This document shows, one piece after another, positions 1 through 9,388 of a stretch of 64,000 nucleotides of DNA. The position numbers and the translations under genes were made by a program. Within the stretch, counting starts at the first letter, position 1; every line of letters starts with the position of its first letter. Under the pieces are notes generated by a model that saw only the letters and a program-made list of their open reading frames with translations, was not told the DNA's origin and searched no databases. This DNA is from Oscillospiraceae bacterium (GTDB taxonomy: Bacteria > Bacillota > Clostridia > Oscillospirales > CAG-272). Where the stretch lies: the NCBI GenBank assembly GCA_015065385.1, contig SVQK01000128.1:188-64187 (forward strand), given 5' to 3'.

Positions 1-40
1 AAGAAAGCCGCGTTTCCCTTTTAGCTTGAGATTAGTATCA
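1..40 (+). repeat. 3' terminal ~40 nt of a MITE-like element, cut by the window edge; same terminus as 17335-17373
   Basis: aagaaagccgcgtttcccttttagcttgagattagtatca matches 17335-17373 with one 1-nt indel. It ends in the shared terminus TAGTATCA. Confidence 0.5.
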
Positions 41-165
41 GATGTCATTTGGTGGATCGAATCCCGCCCGCCGCGGACAGAACCGGGATCCTGTACCCCT
101 ATCATAGCACGCTCGTGAGCGTTTGTCAATATGTTTTTATCGTTTTTCGATATCTTTTCATCTAA
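38..165. repeat. Copy 1 of a ~125-nt duplicated promoter/leader module (partner at 45504-45632)
   Basis: It shares tcagatgtca, then gccgcggacag..ccgg.atcc, then identical blocks cccctatcatagcacg (16 nt) and agcgtttgtcaatatgtttttatcgtttttcgata (35 nt). Confidence 0.8.
101..129 (-). promoter_or_regulatory. Sigma-70 type promoter reading leftward out of the window
   Basis: The minus strand reads TTGACA (124-129), a 17-nt spacer, then TGcTATGAT (101-109). Confidence 0.6.
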
Positions 166-200
166 AAAACAGGAGACAGCCCATTTTGCGAGCCGTCTCC
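164..200 (-). terminator. Intrinsic terminator of the 7-gene ABC operon
   Basis: Hairpin GGAGAC(a)GC...GC(c)GTCTCC at 172-200, followed on the minus strand by a T-run (A-run 164-169). It lies 17 nt after the stop at 217. Confidence 0.65.
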
Positions 201-216
201 CGTTTTAGGTTCTGGA

Positions 217-1278
217 TTAGTCAGCCGTCAGGCCGGAGCGTTCGATACCCTGAACGATGTATCTCTGACCGAAGAGGTAGAGGATGATCAGGGGAGTGAT
301 GATCAGAATACCGCAGGTATTCGTGATCGCGGAGGAGTACAGGGACTGACCCGCATAGTTCGTATCGAGCGACTTCGGGATCTTGATGATATCGGGAAGG
401 AGCTTGTCGCCGGCCGTCGTGTAGAACAGGTCGGTGTAGAAGTTATCCGTCCACTGCCAGCAGAAGGCGAACATGAAGACCGTGATCATCATCGTGGTGG
501 AAAGCGGGATAATGATCGAGAAGAAGGTTCTCATGATGCCGGAGCCGTCGAGGTAAGCGGACTCTTCGAGCTCATCCGGGATACCGCGGAAGAACTGTCT
601 CAGCATGAAGATGTACAGACCGTTCTTATAGGCAAGGCCCGTCAGCGACAGGATATACAGCGGCCAGTTCGAGTTGATGAAGTTGATCGAAGTCTTGCCG
701 CCTGTTACGTTGATTGCGTCAACAACACCGCCTCCTAAGAAGTTGATGATGCCGAGCACGTCGAAGTAACGGAATTTCATGAAGAGGGACAGCTGGAGGG
801 TAGCGTGGGGAACCACGAGGGTGAACAGCACGCACATGAAGAGGATGCTGTTGCCCTTGAACTTGAATTTCGCAAAGCCGTACGCGATGAACATGCAGAT
901 GAAGGTCTGGATGATAGCGCACACAAGGGACAGGATGAAGGTATTGAGAAGGGCTTCCCAGTACTTGTTGTCCTTGATGATGGCTCTGTAGATTTCAAGG
1001 TTCGGATGTTTCGGGATCAGAACCACCGTCACGTCCACGAAGTCTTCCTTGGACATGAAGGAGGAGGAGATCTTGGAGAAGAACGGGAAGAGAATTACAT
1101 AGGAAATACCGAGAAGGAGGACAAGGCGGAAGATGTAGTAGATTACCCGTTTCAGAGTGTACAGGTTGATCAGCTTCGCCTTAACCCGGTCCCAGAACGG
1201 AGTCCGGTCATCGAATTCAACCTTGATGGTGTTCTTCGTTTCTTTTTTGATTTTCGGTGCAGTCTGCGCGTTATTCAT
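217..1278 (-). CDS. Carbohydrate ABC transporter permease (MalG/LplC-like, second pair)
   Basis: Multi-TM protein with a binding-protein-dependent permease signature region (ESAYLDGSGIMRTFFSIIIP). ATG at 1278 is preceded by GGAGG. The track ORF begins 3 nt upstream at a TTG. Confidence 0.85.
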   Translation of the reverse strand: MNNAQTAPKIKKETKNTIKVEFDDRTPFWDRVKAKLINLYTLKRVIYYIFRLVLLLGISYVILFPFFSKISSSFMSKEDFVDVTVVLIPKHPNLEIYRAIIKDNKYWEALLNTFILSLVCAIIQTFICMFIAYGFAKFKFKGNSILFMCVLFTLVVPHATLQLSLFMKFRYFDVLGIINFLGGGVVDAINVTGGKTSINFINSNWPLYILSLTGLAYKNGLYIFMLRQFFRGIPDELEESAYLDGSGIMRTFFSIIIPLSTTMMITVFMFAFCWQWTDNFYTDLFYTTAGDKLLPDIIKIPKSLDTNYAGQSLYSSAITNTCGILIITPLIILYLFGQRYIVQGIERSGLTAD

Positions 1279-1296
1279 CAATCAGTTCCTCCTTTC

Positions 1297-2298
1297 TCAG
1301 TCTCTTCTCTGATAGAAGATAAATCCGCTCAGGATACCGGCCACGGCTGCCAGGATCAGGATGACGATCAGGAAGTACATCCAGGACATGGCGGAGGAGA
1401 GGACATTGCCGTCCGCCTGCTCGTAAACCGTGGAGATATAACGCATGACCGCGTTGTCGTCCGCCGTGAACGCGTCGATGATCGTGTAGATCGTATTGAC
1501 CAAGATCATCGGGGACACCATCGGCAGAGTGATCTTCCAGAAGGTTTCCCATCCGGACGCGCCGTCAATGGAGCAGGATTCGTAAATGGCGGGAGAGATG
1601 GACTGAAGACCGGAGAGGAAGATCAGCATCTGGACGCCGCAGCGGTTTACGATGTTGAAGATGTTGTTGACCATCTGCACAACGTATTCCACGATTTCGG
1701 TACCCACCATCATGTTGTCGAAGAGCCGTTCCACGTCGAGGACGGAAACGATCTGCGTCGCCTGAGATTCCTGACCGGAACCGTCGTCGATACCTGCCGA
1801 GTTCTCCATGTAGGAGCTCAGGGTGTTGGCGCGGTCGATATCGGAGATCAGACCGGTGGTCAGGATGACCGGGATGAAGAAGATCGCGCGGAACGCGGCG
1901 CGCCCGATGATCTTCTGGTTCAGGATAATTGCGATGAACAGGGAGAAGATGACGATGGACGGAATGTCGAGGATGAGCTGTCTCAGACCGGACACCAGCG
2001 TCGTGACGTAGGACGTATCGACGAGGAGCGCGTCGGAGTAGTTCTTCCAACCGACGAATTCAAGCCGGTAGCCGCCGCCCACCAGGATCTTGATCTCGTT
2101 GAAGGAGTACCGGATCGAGTCGAAGATGATGGGCAGGTAGATCAGAACGAAGCCGAGGAGGAAGGGGAGTACGAATATCCAGCCGGCTTTAGCTTTCTTG
2201 GATTCAAGAGAAGCTTTGCTCTTTTTCTTCTTGCCGGGGGCATCGACCTGAATCTTCTGTTTCTTTCCGCCTTTGCCGGCGTCAATATTTAAGTTCAT
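1297..2298 (-). CDS. Sugar ABC transporter permease (MalF/LplB-like, second pair)
   Basis: Lys-rich N-terminus followed by 6 predicted TM segments. It has a permease loop (ESCSIDGASGWETFWKITLP), a GGGGAG RBS, and a 15-nt gap to the next gene. Confidence 0.85.
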   Translation of the reverse strand: MNLNIDAGKGGKKQKIQVDAPGKKKKSKASLESKKAKAGWIFVLPFLLGFVLIYLPIIFDSIRYSFNEIKILVGGGYRLEFVGWKNYSDALLVDTSYVTTLVSGLRQLILDIPSIVIFSLFIAIILNQKIIGRAAFRAIFFIPVILTTGLISDIDRANTLSSYMENSAGIDDGSGQESQATQIVSVLDVERLFDNMMVGTEIVEYVVQMVNNIFNIVNRCGVQMLIFLSGLQSISPAIYESCSIDGASGWETFWKITLPMVSPMILVNTIYTIIDAFTADDNAVMRYISTVYEQADGNVLSSAMSWMYFLIVILILAAVAGILSGFIFYQRRD

Positions 2299-2315
2299 GA
2301 ATTCGCTCCCCTTTC

Positions 2316-5300
2316 TTAACCAATTCTTTCAAAGCTCAGAGGACCGACGTTGATCTTCTGGCCGTTGTAGTTGACAACGATTTCGAAGGAGTTGTAGTTG
2401 AGGATGAAGTTTACGCCGCCTTCGTACTCGACGCGCACCACGGAACCGCGGGTGGTCTTGTACTTGTCGAGGCCTTCCGCTTCTTCCTCTTCCTCATCGG
2501 GAACAAGTTCGCCGAATTCGTCGTAATGGAAGCCTTCGGGAGCTTCTTCCTGTTCGTCTTCGGCAGCAGCGGGAGCGGCTTCTTCTTCAGCGGGTTCTTC
2601 CACTACGGTTCCGGCCGCGGCGGCAGCTTCAGCCGCGAGACGGGCTTCCAGTCTGGCCTTGCGGTCTTCCTTTTCCTTCTTCAGCGCTTCCTCTTCCTTG
2701 ACTGCCGCGTCTTCAAGGGCCTTGGCGGCGGCGTCGGCTTCCACCTCGTCCTCGTCGGGAACGCGCTCCGCATCGAGGAACTCGTGGTCCACGATGTAGG
2801 AGGTCTGCAGATCCTTGATGGCGTTGTTCAGCGTGCTGTAGTAACGCTCAACGTCGTCTTTCCAGATCTCATAGGAAACGGAGTAATACTTGGAGAGTCT
2901 GAAATCTTCCTTCAGGTCGCTGGTATTCTGGTAGGAGAGCATGAAGTACATCGCGGCGCCGTTTTCGATGGCGTGGAGGATGCCTTCATTGATGTCGCCT
3001 TCCATGTTGATCGGCGTGCCCGCGAAGACCTTGGAGCCGTGGTAAACCATGCCGAGGAACGGGACGGACTCGCTGGCCTTCACATAAGTGGAGGAGGTCA
3101 GGGAGGCGTTCAGGATGACATCCGCGTACTTGACGGCGAAGGCGTTGCCTTCCTCGATCATGACGTGCGGGATATCGGTGCTGATGCGCTCAAGCAGATC
3201 GAGGGTGAACTGCTTGTCGTCCTCGCGGTGATAGGGCTCGTCTTCGTCGAAGTCGGAGTTCAGGTCAGTACCGAGGGTACCGACGGAAATCGAGTCGTTG
3301 CCGTAGGAGAGGTAGGTAGGTCCGAACTTGTCGTAGAGTCTTCCGAAGTACGCCGGGGAGATCGCGATGGCGAACGAACGGTCGAAGCTCTGGGTAGCGG
3401 CGTCATAGGCGCGTCTGGTCGTGTACCGGTCGTCGATAGTGCGGACCGCGTGCCATTTCAGGCTGATACCGTCGAACAGTTCCTGATTGCGGATGTACAC
3501 GAAGTCGAAGTCCGGGTACACGCTGAAATCGTTGGTCTTTGCGAAATCAACGAGGTCGTTGAATCCGCTCTTGCCGCCCACCACGCGGGTCCACTTCAGA
3601 CGGTAGGGAACCGTCGGGTTCATACCGCCGTTGGCATAGCCGGTGAGCTTGAAGTTGATGTTCTTGATTCCCTGCTCGGAGAGCTCGGAATAGATGGTCT
3701 TGATGTCGTCGAAGGTCGTCAGCGGGGTATCCACTTCCACGGGGAAGGACAGGATACGCTCGGTGGTCTTGATGGAACCGAAGGTCTCGATGAAGAGCGG
3801 GACGTCGGCCTTCACGTCGGAAGCGGTCAGCTTGGTCAGGTCGCCTCTCGCGGTCATATAATCGCGGTAAGCGGTGGCCATGCCGGTCCATTCCGCCTTG
3901 TAGCCGTCGGTACCGTTTTCCTTGGCGACTTCTTCATCCTTGAGGAAGATGTACTGGATTCTGTAGGAATCGGTGTACTTTCTCTTGGAGGTCACGGTCC
4001 AGGTTGCGGACCCGGACACGGAGATGGAGTCGGCCAGGTTGTATTCGTCGGACGGACGGGGCGTGAACATGGCGTAAACGGTGTTGTACGGGTGGAGCGA
4101 ACCGCCGCAGACCGCCATGAGGGACGCCAGGGAGTCGCCCTCGGTGATGATGGCAAGGAAGCCGTTGTTGTAGGTCTTCTCTTCCGCCGCTTCTTCGTCG
4201 CCGGAGGTCGGGACTGCGCCGGAGGGAGAACCCGGGTAAGTCGTGACCACGCCGTAGTAGGGCATTCTCATGCTTTCGGCGTGCTGGCCGGAGATCTCAT
4301 GGTACGCGTAGTCGGAACCGTAGAGCTGGCCGGACAGGTTGACGGACTGGCCCTTGAAGTCCTGGAACCGGATCAGGGCGCCGGAGCCGTCCGGGATCAC
4401 GGAATAGCCTTCGTACTCGTTGCTGCCCGCGCCGAAGAACGGGAGAACGGATACGGTCTGGAACTGGTACGCGGATTCGTCGAATTCGATACCGTTTGCG
4501 GGCAGACGGACGGCAAGACCGTCGTCGTTGAGGGTGTATTCAAGGCTGAGACGGAATCTCGGCGGGGCCGCGTCCGCACCGGTGTACTTGGTGAGTTCGT
4601 GGTCGTAGTCGAGTTCTTCGTAGGTGTACAGAGGGCAGTAGGTCTTGATGATGTTTTCAAGTTCTCTCAGCTCTCTGGCCTTGATGTCCGGGTCGCAGAC
4701 GTACACGGCCATTTCGTTCGTGATGGGGAACTTCGCCACCATTTCCAGAACGCCGCGCTCGGTCAGGGTCTCGTCGTCCTTATCCTTCAGGGTGTAGAAG
4801 GAGTTCAGCTTGTTGCGGTGCCAGTCGTAGTCGATCTGGCCGAGAATCAGTTCGTCGAAACGTTCCCGCTTGATCATACGGGGAACGAGACGGATGGTCT
4901 GCTCTTCACCCAGGATGTACTCGACGCGGATACCGTTCTTGATGTTCTTCTTGGTAATCTGGTTCCGGAGAGCGGCTTCATAATAACTGTTCATGGTTTT
5001 CTGAACGTCGTTCTCGAGATAGGTGATGATGATCTGAGAGAGAAGCTGCTGCTTCACGGCGTCGGAAATCGTCTGATAACCGGACGCGAGATCGAAGGGG
5101 TTCGAGAACACGACCTGACCGGTGGAGAGGTCCTTGACGGCGATTTCGCCGGTGAACTCCTCGTACCAGAGCTGGTAGCCGTTCTGTTCCTTGACCATGA
5201 TCATTTCGGCGAGTTTGTCTTCCGCCGTCTCATAGTTCGTGTTCAGATAATCAATCAGCGGCTCGCCGTCTTCGTTGACCTTGTCGGCATAGGCGGCTTC

Positions 5301-5372
5301 TGCGGGGACTACCAGAGAACCGAGAAACATTACCAGTGTCAGGAACGATGAAACGATTCTTTTCACTTTCAT
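2316..5372 (-). CDS. Large secreted or anchored protein of unknown function (recalled as DUF5696-like), with a C-terminal E/A/K-rich coiled segment
   Basis: 1018 aa. N-terminal signal/anchor MKVKRIVSSFLTLVMFLGSLVVPAEAAYA and a GGAG RBS. It is embedded between permease genes. The family assignment is from memory and was not searched. Confidence 0.7.
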   Translation of the reverse strand: MKVKRIVSSFLTLVMFLGSLVVPAEAAYADKVNEDGEPLIDYLNTNYETAEDKLAEMIMVKEQNGYQLWYEEFTGEIAVKDLSTGQVVFSNPFDLASGYQTISDAVKQQLLSQIIITYLENDVQKTMNSYYEAALRNQITKKNIKNGIRVEYILGEEQTIRLVPRMIKRERFDELILGQIDYDWHRNKLNSFYTLKDKDDETLTERGVLEMVAKFPITNEMAVYVCDPDIKARELRELENIIKTYCPLYTYEELDYDHELTKYTGADAAPPRFRLSLEYTLNDDGLAVRLPANGIEFDESAYQFQTVSVLPFFGAGSNEYEGYSVIPDGSGALIRFQDFKGQSVNLSGQLYGSDYAYHEISGQHAESMRMPYYGVVTTYPGSPSGAVPTSGDEEAAEEKTYNNGFLAIITEGDSLASLMAVCGGSLHPYNTVYAMFTPRPSDEYNLADSISVSGSATWTVTSKRKYTDSYRIQYIFLKDEEVAKENGTDGYKAEWTGMATAYRDYMTARGDLTKLTASDVKADVPLFIETFGSIKTTERILSFPVEVDTPLTTFDDIKTIYSELSEQGIKNINFKLTGYANGGMNPTVPYRLKWTRVVGGKSGFNDLVDFAKTNDFSVYPDFDFVYIRNQELFDGISLKWHAVRTIDDRYTTRRAYDAATQSFDRSFAIAISPAYFGRLYDKFGPTYLSYGNDSISVGTLGTDLNSDFDEDEPYHREDDKQFTLDLLERISTDIPHVMIEEGNAFAVKYADVILNASLTSSTYVKASESVPFLGMVYHGSKVFAGTPINMEGDINEGILHAIENGAAMYFMLSYQNTSDLKEDFRLSKYYSVSYEIWKDDVERYYSTLNNAIKDLQTSYIVDHEFLDAERVPDEDEVEADAAAKALEDAAVKEEEALKKEKEDRKARLEARLAAEAAAAAGTVVEEPAEEEAAPAAAEDEQEEAPEGFHYDEFGELVPDEEEEEAEGLDKYKTTRGSVVRVEYEGGVNFILNYNSFEIVVNYNGQKINVGPLSFERIG

Positions 5373-5392
5373 ATCTATTCTCCTTCTCTGTA

Positions 5393-7522
5393 CTATACGC
5401 GGTAACTGATTTCGTTCACGATGTTAGCGATGAAGCTGACGATCTTCGCCATAAGGGAGGAGAACAGCACACCGATGAACATGATAAACGCCATACCGAC
5501 AATGGTTCCGACGCAGGCCAGAATGTTCTTGCCCGCGGAGTAATCGTGCGTGACCATCATGGCGAAGAACAGGAGCAGGCCCATCCAGATATAGGCGAAG
5601 CTCTGGAGCATCGTCAGGATTCCGCCTTCGGTTCTGGTAAGGAAGTTGGAAATGATGGTGACAGGGATGATGATGAGCGGAAGGGGAGTCAGGCAGTAGC
5701 AGCAGGCGGTGAAGATATCCGCCATGGAGCCTTCGCCTTCAAACAGGGTCGTGAGACACCAGTTCGCAACGGTCCAGAGGAGCAGCGGCGCCACGACGGC
5801 GGTGATCGCGCCCATGATGTTGAAGCTGGTGGACGGACGCGGGTTGAAGATATAGCCCGTACCGATGGTGTTGTAGAAGTACGCGATGATGGTGATCAGC
5901 AGGATGACGAAGCCGGATTTGACGGAGCCCCGCTGCTCGTGCTTCAGGTCCCAGAATCCGTCGAACGGATGGAGGATGACGTGGAACGCGTAGAGCAGTT
6001 CTTCTTTCAGGCTCTTGCGGCCGACCTTCAGCGCGGTGCGCTTGTTGACCTTGCCGGCGAACCCGAAGAACTTCGCCAGACCCCAGAAGACGGCCACGAT
6101 GGCGATCGGGATGACCACGAACCACTTGTTCGCCCAGTTCTTCCGGATTTCCTTGTAGGACTCGGAATAGTTCTCGGTTTCGTAGGCGGACTTGTAGTAC
6201 TCCATGGATTCCTCGTACTTGCCCTGACGGTACAGGGACTTGCCGATCTGGATGTACGCGGAGTCGAAGTTGTTGTTTCTCTTGAGGATCTCGGTCCAGT
6301 CTTCGATGGTGTGGTCGTACTGACGGTTGTTGTCGTGCTCGAGCGCGGAGATCAGCAGGTCAGCGTACTCGGTGCGGCGGTACACCACGAAATTGTCGTT
6401 GGTCTTGTCGAGAAGCAGGATCTTGGATCCCTGGTAGGCGATGGCCTCGACGGACTGGATGTTGCCGGTCTGCTGGCCGATATCGCCGAAGACGAAGAGC
6501 AGGTCGCCGTTGTCGTCGTAGGTGAAGACCTTGGACCGCTTCTCGTCGATGATGGACCACGTTCCCTCGGGACCGGTAGCGGCGTCGATGATCTTGGACG
6601 CGCCGGTGATGTTCGCGGTGGAGAGGTTGGTGATACGGACTTCGCCGGACGGAGGATAGAAGCCGTTACGCTTCATAACGTCCGCGCCGGATGCGTTCAG
6701 CTTCTTGACCGGAGCGTAGTCGGAGCTCTTGGACTTGGAGTTGATGGCCGACTGCTGCTGGTTCTGGTCGATGGAAGAAGTCGTAACGTAGATGAAGTTG
6801 TCCTTGTCGATGGAGATGTTGTTGAACTCGGTGGAGACGTATTCCTCGCTCTGCGCTCTCTGCTCGTCGGTCTGGATCTTTCTCCAGATGATGTCGAGGG
6901 CGGAGATGGTGACCTTCTGGGCTCCGATGAAGCCGTAGAAGTCGCCGCTGTCGTTCAGAACGATGATACCCTGATAAGTGGTGGAGGACACGACGAAGAG
7001 TCGGCCGTAGTCGTCAGCCACGCACGCAACGGGCTTATAGATGGATCCCTCTTCAAAGAGGCTGGATTCCGGTTTCGGAATGATCTTGATGTAGTTGCCT
7101 TCCGTGTCGAACATGATGATACGGTTGTTGTCCGTATCGCAGACGTAGATGTTTTCCTCGTTGGCAAACACGCCGGAGGGGTTGTTGAAGCTGTCCGGCA
7201 CGCCGTGTTCGTTCGTGAAGGTGGTGATAATGAACTGGAGCTTGTAGTACCGGTCGAGGACCACGACGCGGTTGTTGGCGGCGTCCACGATGTAGACCTT
7301 CTGATCGGGACCTACGAACAGGTCGCGGGGATCGTCGATCGCGGTTCCAAGACCCATATAGGCAGAATCAACGATCAGGTCCGGCACATACGCCGCGGGG
7401 GAGGTCAGCACCTGTCCCTGCGCGGAGTAGGTGTAGGTCGCGTAGGGAGCGGCCGAGGCGGTGACCGCCAGTACCGAGAGGAGTGTCAGCGATGCCAGAA
7501 GCACGCTAAGAAATTTTTTCAT
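5393..7522 (-). CDS. Secreted NHL-repeat beta-propeller fused to a C-terminal Yip1-type multi-TM domain
   Basis: 709 aa. Signal peptide ...AVTASAA. Repeated NHL-like blades (VYIVDAANNRVVVLD, IYVCDTDNNRIIMFD, LFVVSS.., IYVTTSS..). A TPR-like stretch (GKSLYRQGKYEESMEYYKSAYE). Then about 5 TM helices beginning at a Yip1-like motif (HPFDGFWDLK). Confidence 0.7.
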   Translation of the reverse strand: MKKFLSVLLASLTLLSVLAVTASAAPYATYTYSAQGQVLTSPAAYVPDLIVDSAYMGLGTAIDDPRDLFVGPDQKVYIVDAANNRVVVLDRYYKLQFIITTFTNEHGVPDSFNNPSGVFANEENIYVCDTDNNRIIMFDTEGNYIKIIPKPESSLFEEGSIYKPVACVADDYGRLFVVSSTTYQGIIVLNDSGDFYGFIGAQKVTISALDIIWRKIQTDEQRAQSEEYVSTEFNNISIDKDNFIYVTTSSIDQNQQQSAINSKSKSSDYAPVKKLNASGADVMKRNGFYPPSGEVRITNLSTANITGASKIIDAATGPEGTWSIIDEKRSKVFTYDDNGDLLFVFGDIGQQTGNIQSVEAIAYQGSKILLLDKTNDNFVVYRRTEYADLLISALEHDNNRQYDHTIEDWTEILKRNNNFDSAYIQIGKSLYRQGKYEESMEYYKSAYETENYSESYKEIRKNWANKWFVVIPIAIVAVFWGLAKFFGFAGKVNKRTALKVGRKSLKEELLYAFHVILHPFDGFWDLKHEQRGSVKSGFVILLITIIAYFYNTIGTGYIFNPRPSTSFNIMGAITAVVAPLLLWTVANWCLTTLFEGEGSMADIFTACCYCLTPLPLIIIPVTIISNFLTRTEGGILTMLQSFAYIWMGLLLFFAMMVTHDYSAGKNILACVGTIVGMAFIMFIGVLFSSLMAKIVSFIANIVNEISYRV

Positions 7523-7532
7523 TCTGACCTCC

Positions 7533-8411
7533 TTAGTCTTTCATGCCGCTGGAGCCCATCGTCTCGATGATGTTGGACTGGGAGATAACGAAGACCAGGA
7601 TCGGAACGATCATCATGATGACGGTAGCGGCTGCCGATGCGCCGGAACGGGCGATCGTGCCGTTGGTAATCTGGGAGATCGCGTAGTTCAGGGTTTTCAG
7701 CTGTTCGGAATAGATGAAGGTGGAAGCGCCGGAGTTCCAGAGACCCTGGAAGGAGTAGATGATGAGGGTCAGCCACGCGGGCTTGACCATGGGCATTGCG
7801 ATGGACCAGAACGTGCGGAGCTCGGACGCGCCGTCCAGACGGGCGGACTCCAGGACTTCCGTGGACACGTTGGATTCCATGAACTGCTTCATCAGGTACA
7901 GACCGAGCGTGGAGCACCACGCGGGAACGATGATGGCGAGGTAGGTATCGATCCAGCCCAGCACGGACAGGGTGATGAAGTTGACGATACCGGTAACGGT
8001 CGCCGTGAACATCAGGGATTTCTGGATGATCCAGAAGAAGCCCTTTGCTCCGGGGAAGTCGATCTTCGCAAGAGCGTACGCGCAGAGGGACGAGAGAACG
8101 AGGTTACCGAAGGTACCGCCCACGGAGATGAGAACCGTGTTGAAAATGTACCGGGAGAACGGGACCCACGAGTCGCCCATGAGGTTGAAGAGGTCTGCGA
8201 AGTTATCGAGAGTCGGGTGCGTCACATAGAAGCGCGGAGGGAAGTAGAACAGCTCGTTCAGAGGCTTGAGCGACTGAATGATGGTGTAATACATCGGAAG
8301 GAACATCACGATTCCGAAGAGCGTCAGAACGAAGGTGATACCCGCATCGCCGCCGGCCGACCTGTTCAGAACAACTTCGTGATTTCCTCTTGTTCTTAAT
8401 TTTCTGGCCAT
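7533..8411 (-). CDS. Carbohydrate ABC transporter permease (MalG-like, first pair)
   Basis: 292 aa, 6 TM, with permease loop ESARLDGASELRTFWSIAMP. There is a 2-nt gap to the upstream permease. Confidence 0.85.
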   Translation of the reverse strand: MARKLRTRGNHEVVLNRSAGGDAGITFVLTLFGIVMFLPMYYTIIQSLKPLNELFYFPPRFYVTHPTLDNFADLFNLMGDSWVPFSRYIFNTVLISVGGTFGNLVLSSLCAYALAKIDFPGAKGFFWIIQKSLMFTATVTGIVNFITLSVLGWIDTYLAIIVPAWCSTLGLYLMKQFMESNVSTEVLESARLDGASELRTFWSIAMPMVKPAWLTLIIYSFQGLWNSGASTFIYSEQLKTLNYAISQITNGTIARSGASAAATVIMMIVPILVFVISQSNIIETMGSSGMKD

Positions 8412-8413
8412 GA

Positions 8414-9355
8414 TTAATCTCCCAACTTAGAGATGAGCTTGGTGACGACTACGTTCATGCCGATCATCATGAGGAAGAGCAGGAACGAAATGGCGGAAGC
8501 GTAGCCGACCTCCCAGCGGTTGTTCTGATATTCTTCAAGGTGATGCTGCAGGGTGTATGCCACATAATCGACGGAAGGGTTGCCGGCCAGCGCCGTTACG
8601 ATGCCGCCGAAGTTGAAGGAACCGGTGATGGACATGATCGCGCCGAACATCAGCTGCGGCTTCATGGAAGGCAGGGTGATGTACCAGAGCTCCTGCCACC
8701 GGTTCTTGATACCGTCGATCGCGCCCGCTTCGAACAGAGACTTGTTGATGCCCTGCAAACCTGCGATAAAGGCGAGGAACGAGGTACCGAGGGATGTCCA
8801 GAGCGCGACGGCGATACATAGCGGCATAACGAACTTCGCGTTCTGGAAGAAGAGGATCGGGGAGTCTATGACGCCCATCTGGAGGAGGAAACCGTTCATC
8901 AGGCCGTAAGAGTCGGACGAGAAGATCGTGGTCCAGATCAGGTAGACGTTTCCGGCGATGGACGGCGCGTAGAAGACCAGCGTGACCACCGCGCGGATCC
9001 TCGGAGGCAGCTCGTTGATGAACCAAGCCACCACGAAGGAGATGATGTAGGCCGAGGGGCCCGTGACCGCCGCGAAGATCAGGGTGTTCTTCAGAGCGGT
9101 GATAAAGAGGTCGTCGTCCAAAAACAGCGTGACGTAGTTATCGAGGAAGACGAACTTCGGCCACTGGAGCATGTTGAAGGACGTGAGGCTCAGCACGAGG
9201 GACAGGGCGACGGGGATGATGGTGAAGATGAAGAAGAGAATCATGAAGGGGGCGATCATGAAGTACGCCGTCTTGTTTCTCTTGATCAGGAACCACGTCC
9301 GCTCGCTCTTCGTCATCTCGTGGAGAGGCTTTACCTGTTTTTCTTTTTTAGCCAT
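8414..9355 (-). CDS. Sugar ABC transporter permease (MalF-like, first pair)
   Basis: 313 aa, 6 TM, with permease loop EAGAIDGIKNRWQELWYITLP. Confidence 0.85.
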   Translation of the reverse strand: MAKKEKQVKPLHEMTKSERTWFLIKRNKTAYFMIAPFMILFFIFTIIPVALSLVLSLTSFNMLQWPKFVFLDNYVTLFLDDDLFITALKNTLIFAAVTGPSAYIISFVVAWFINELPPRIRAVVTLVFYAPSIAGNVYLIWTTIFSSDSYGLMNGFLLQMGVIDSPILFFQNAKFVMPLCIAVALWTSLGTSFLAFIAGLQGINKSLFEAGAIDGIKNRWQELWYITLPSMKPQLMFGAIMSITGSFNFGGIVTALAGNPSVDYVAYTLQHHLEEYQNNRWEVGYASAISFLLFLMMIGMNVVVTKLISKLGD

Positions 9356-9388
9356 GTCTCTCTCCTTAATCGAATTTCATTGCGGAAA

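Noticed and set aside
805-7570. Very long plus-strand ORFs (805-2292, 2526-5351, 5336-7570) lying antisense to the ABC operon. Similar cases elsewhere: 9716-12499, 15385-17091, 17640-18731, 19252-20487, 23294-25699, 36144-37445, 40202-42508, 42688-44196, 53487-54797, 54736-56094, 56597-57811.
   Set aside because: They lie exactly antisense to genes with clear family motifs. Their translations are dominated by R/G/D/V/H/E low-complexity typical of stop-poor antisense frames in GC-rich DNA. They lack an RBS and a sensible start context.
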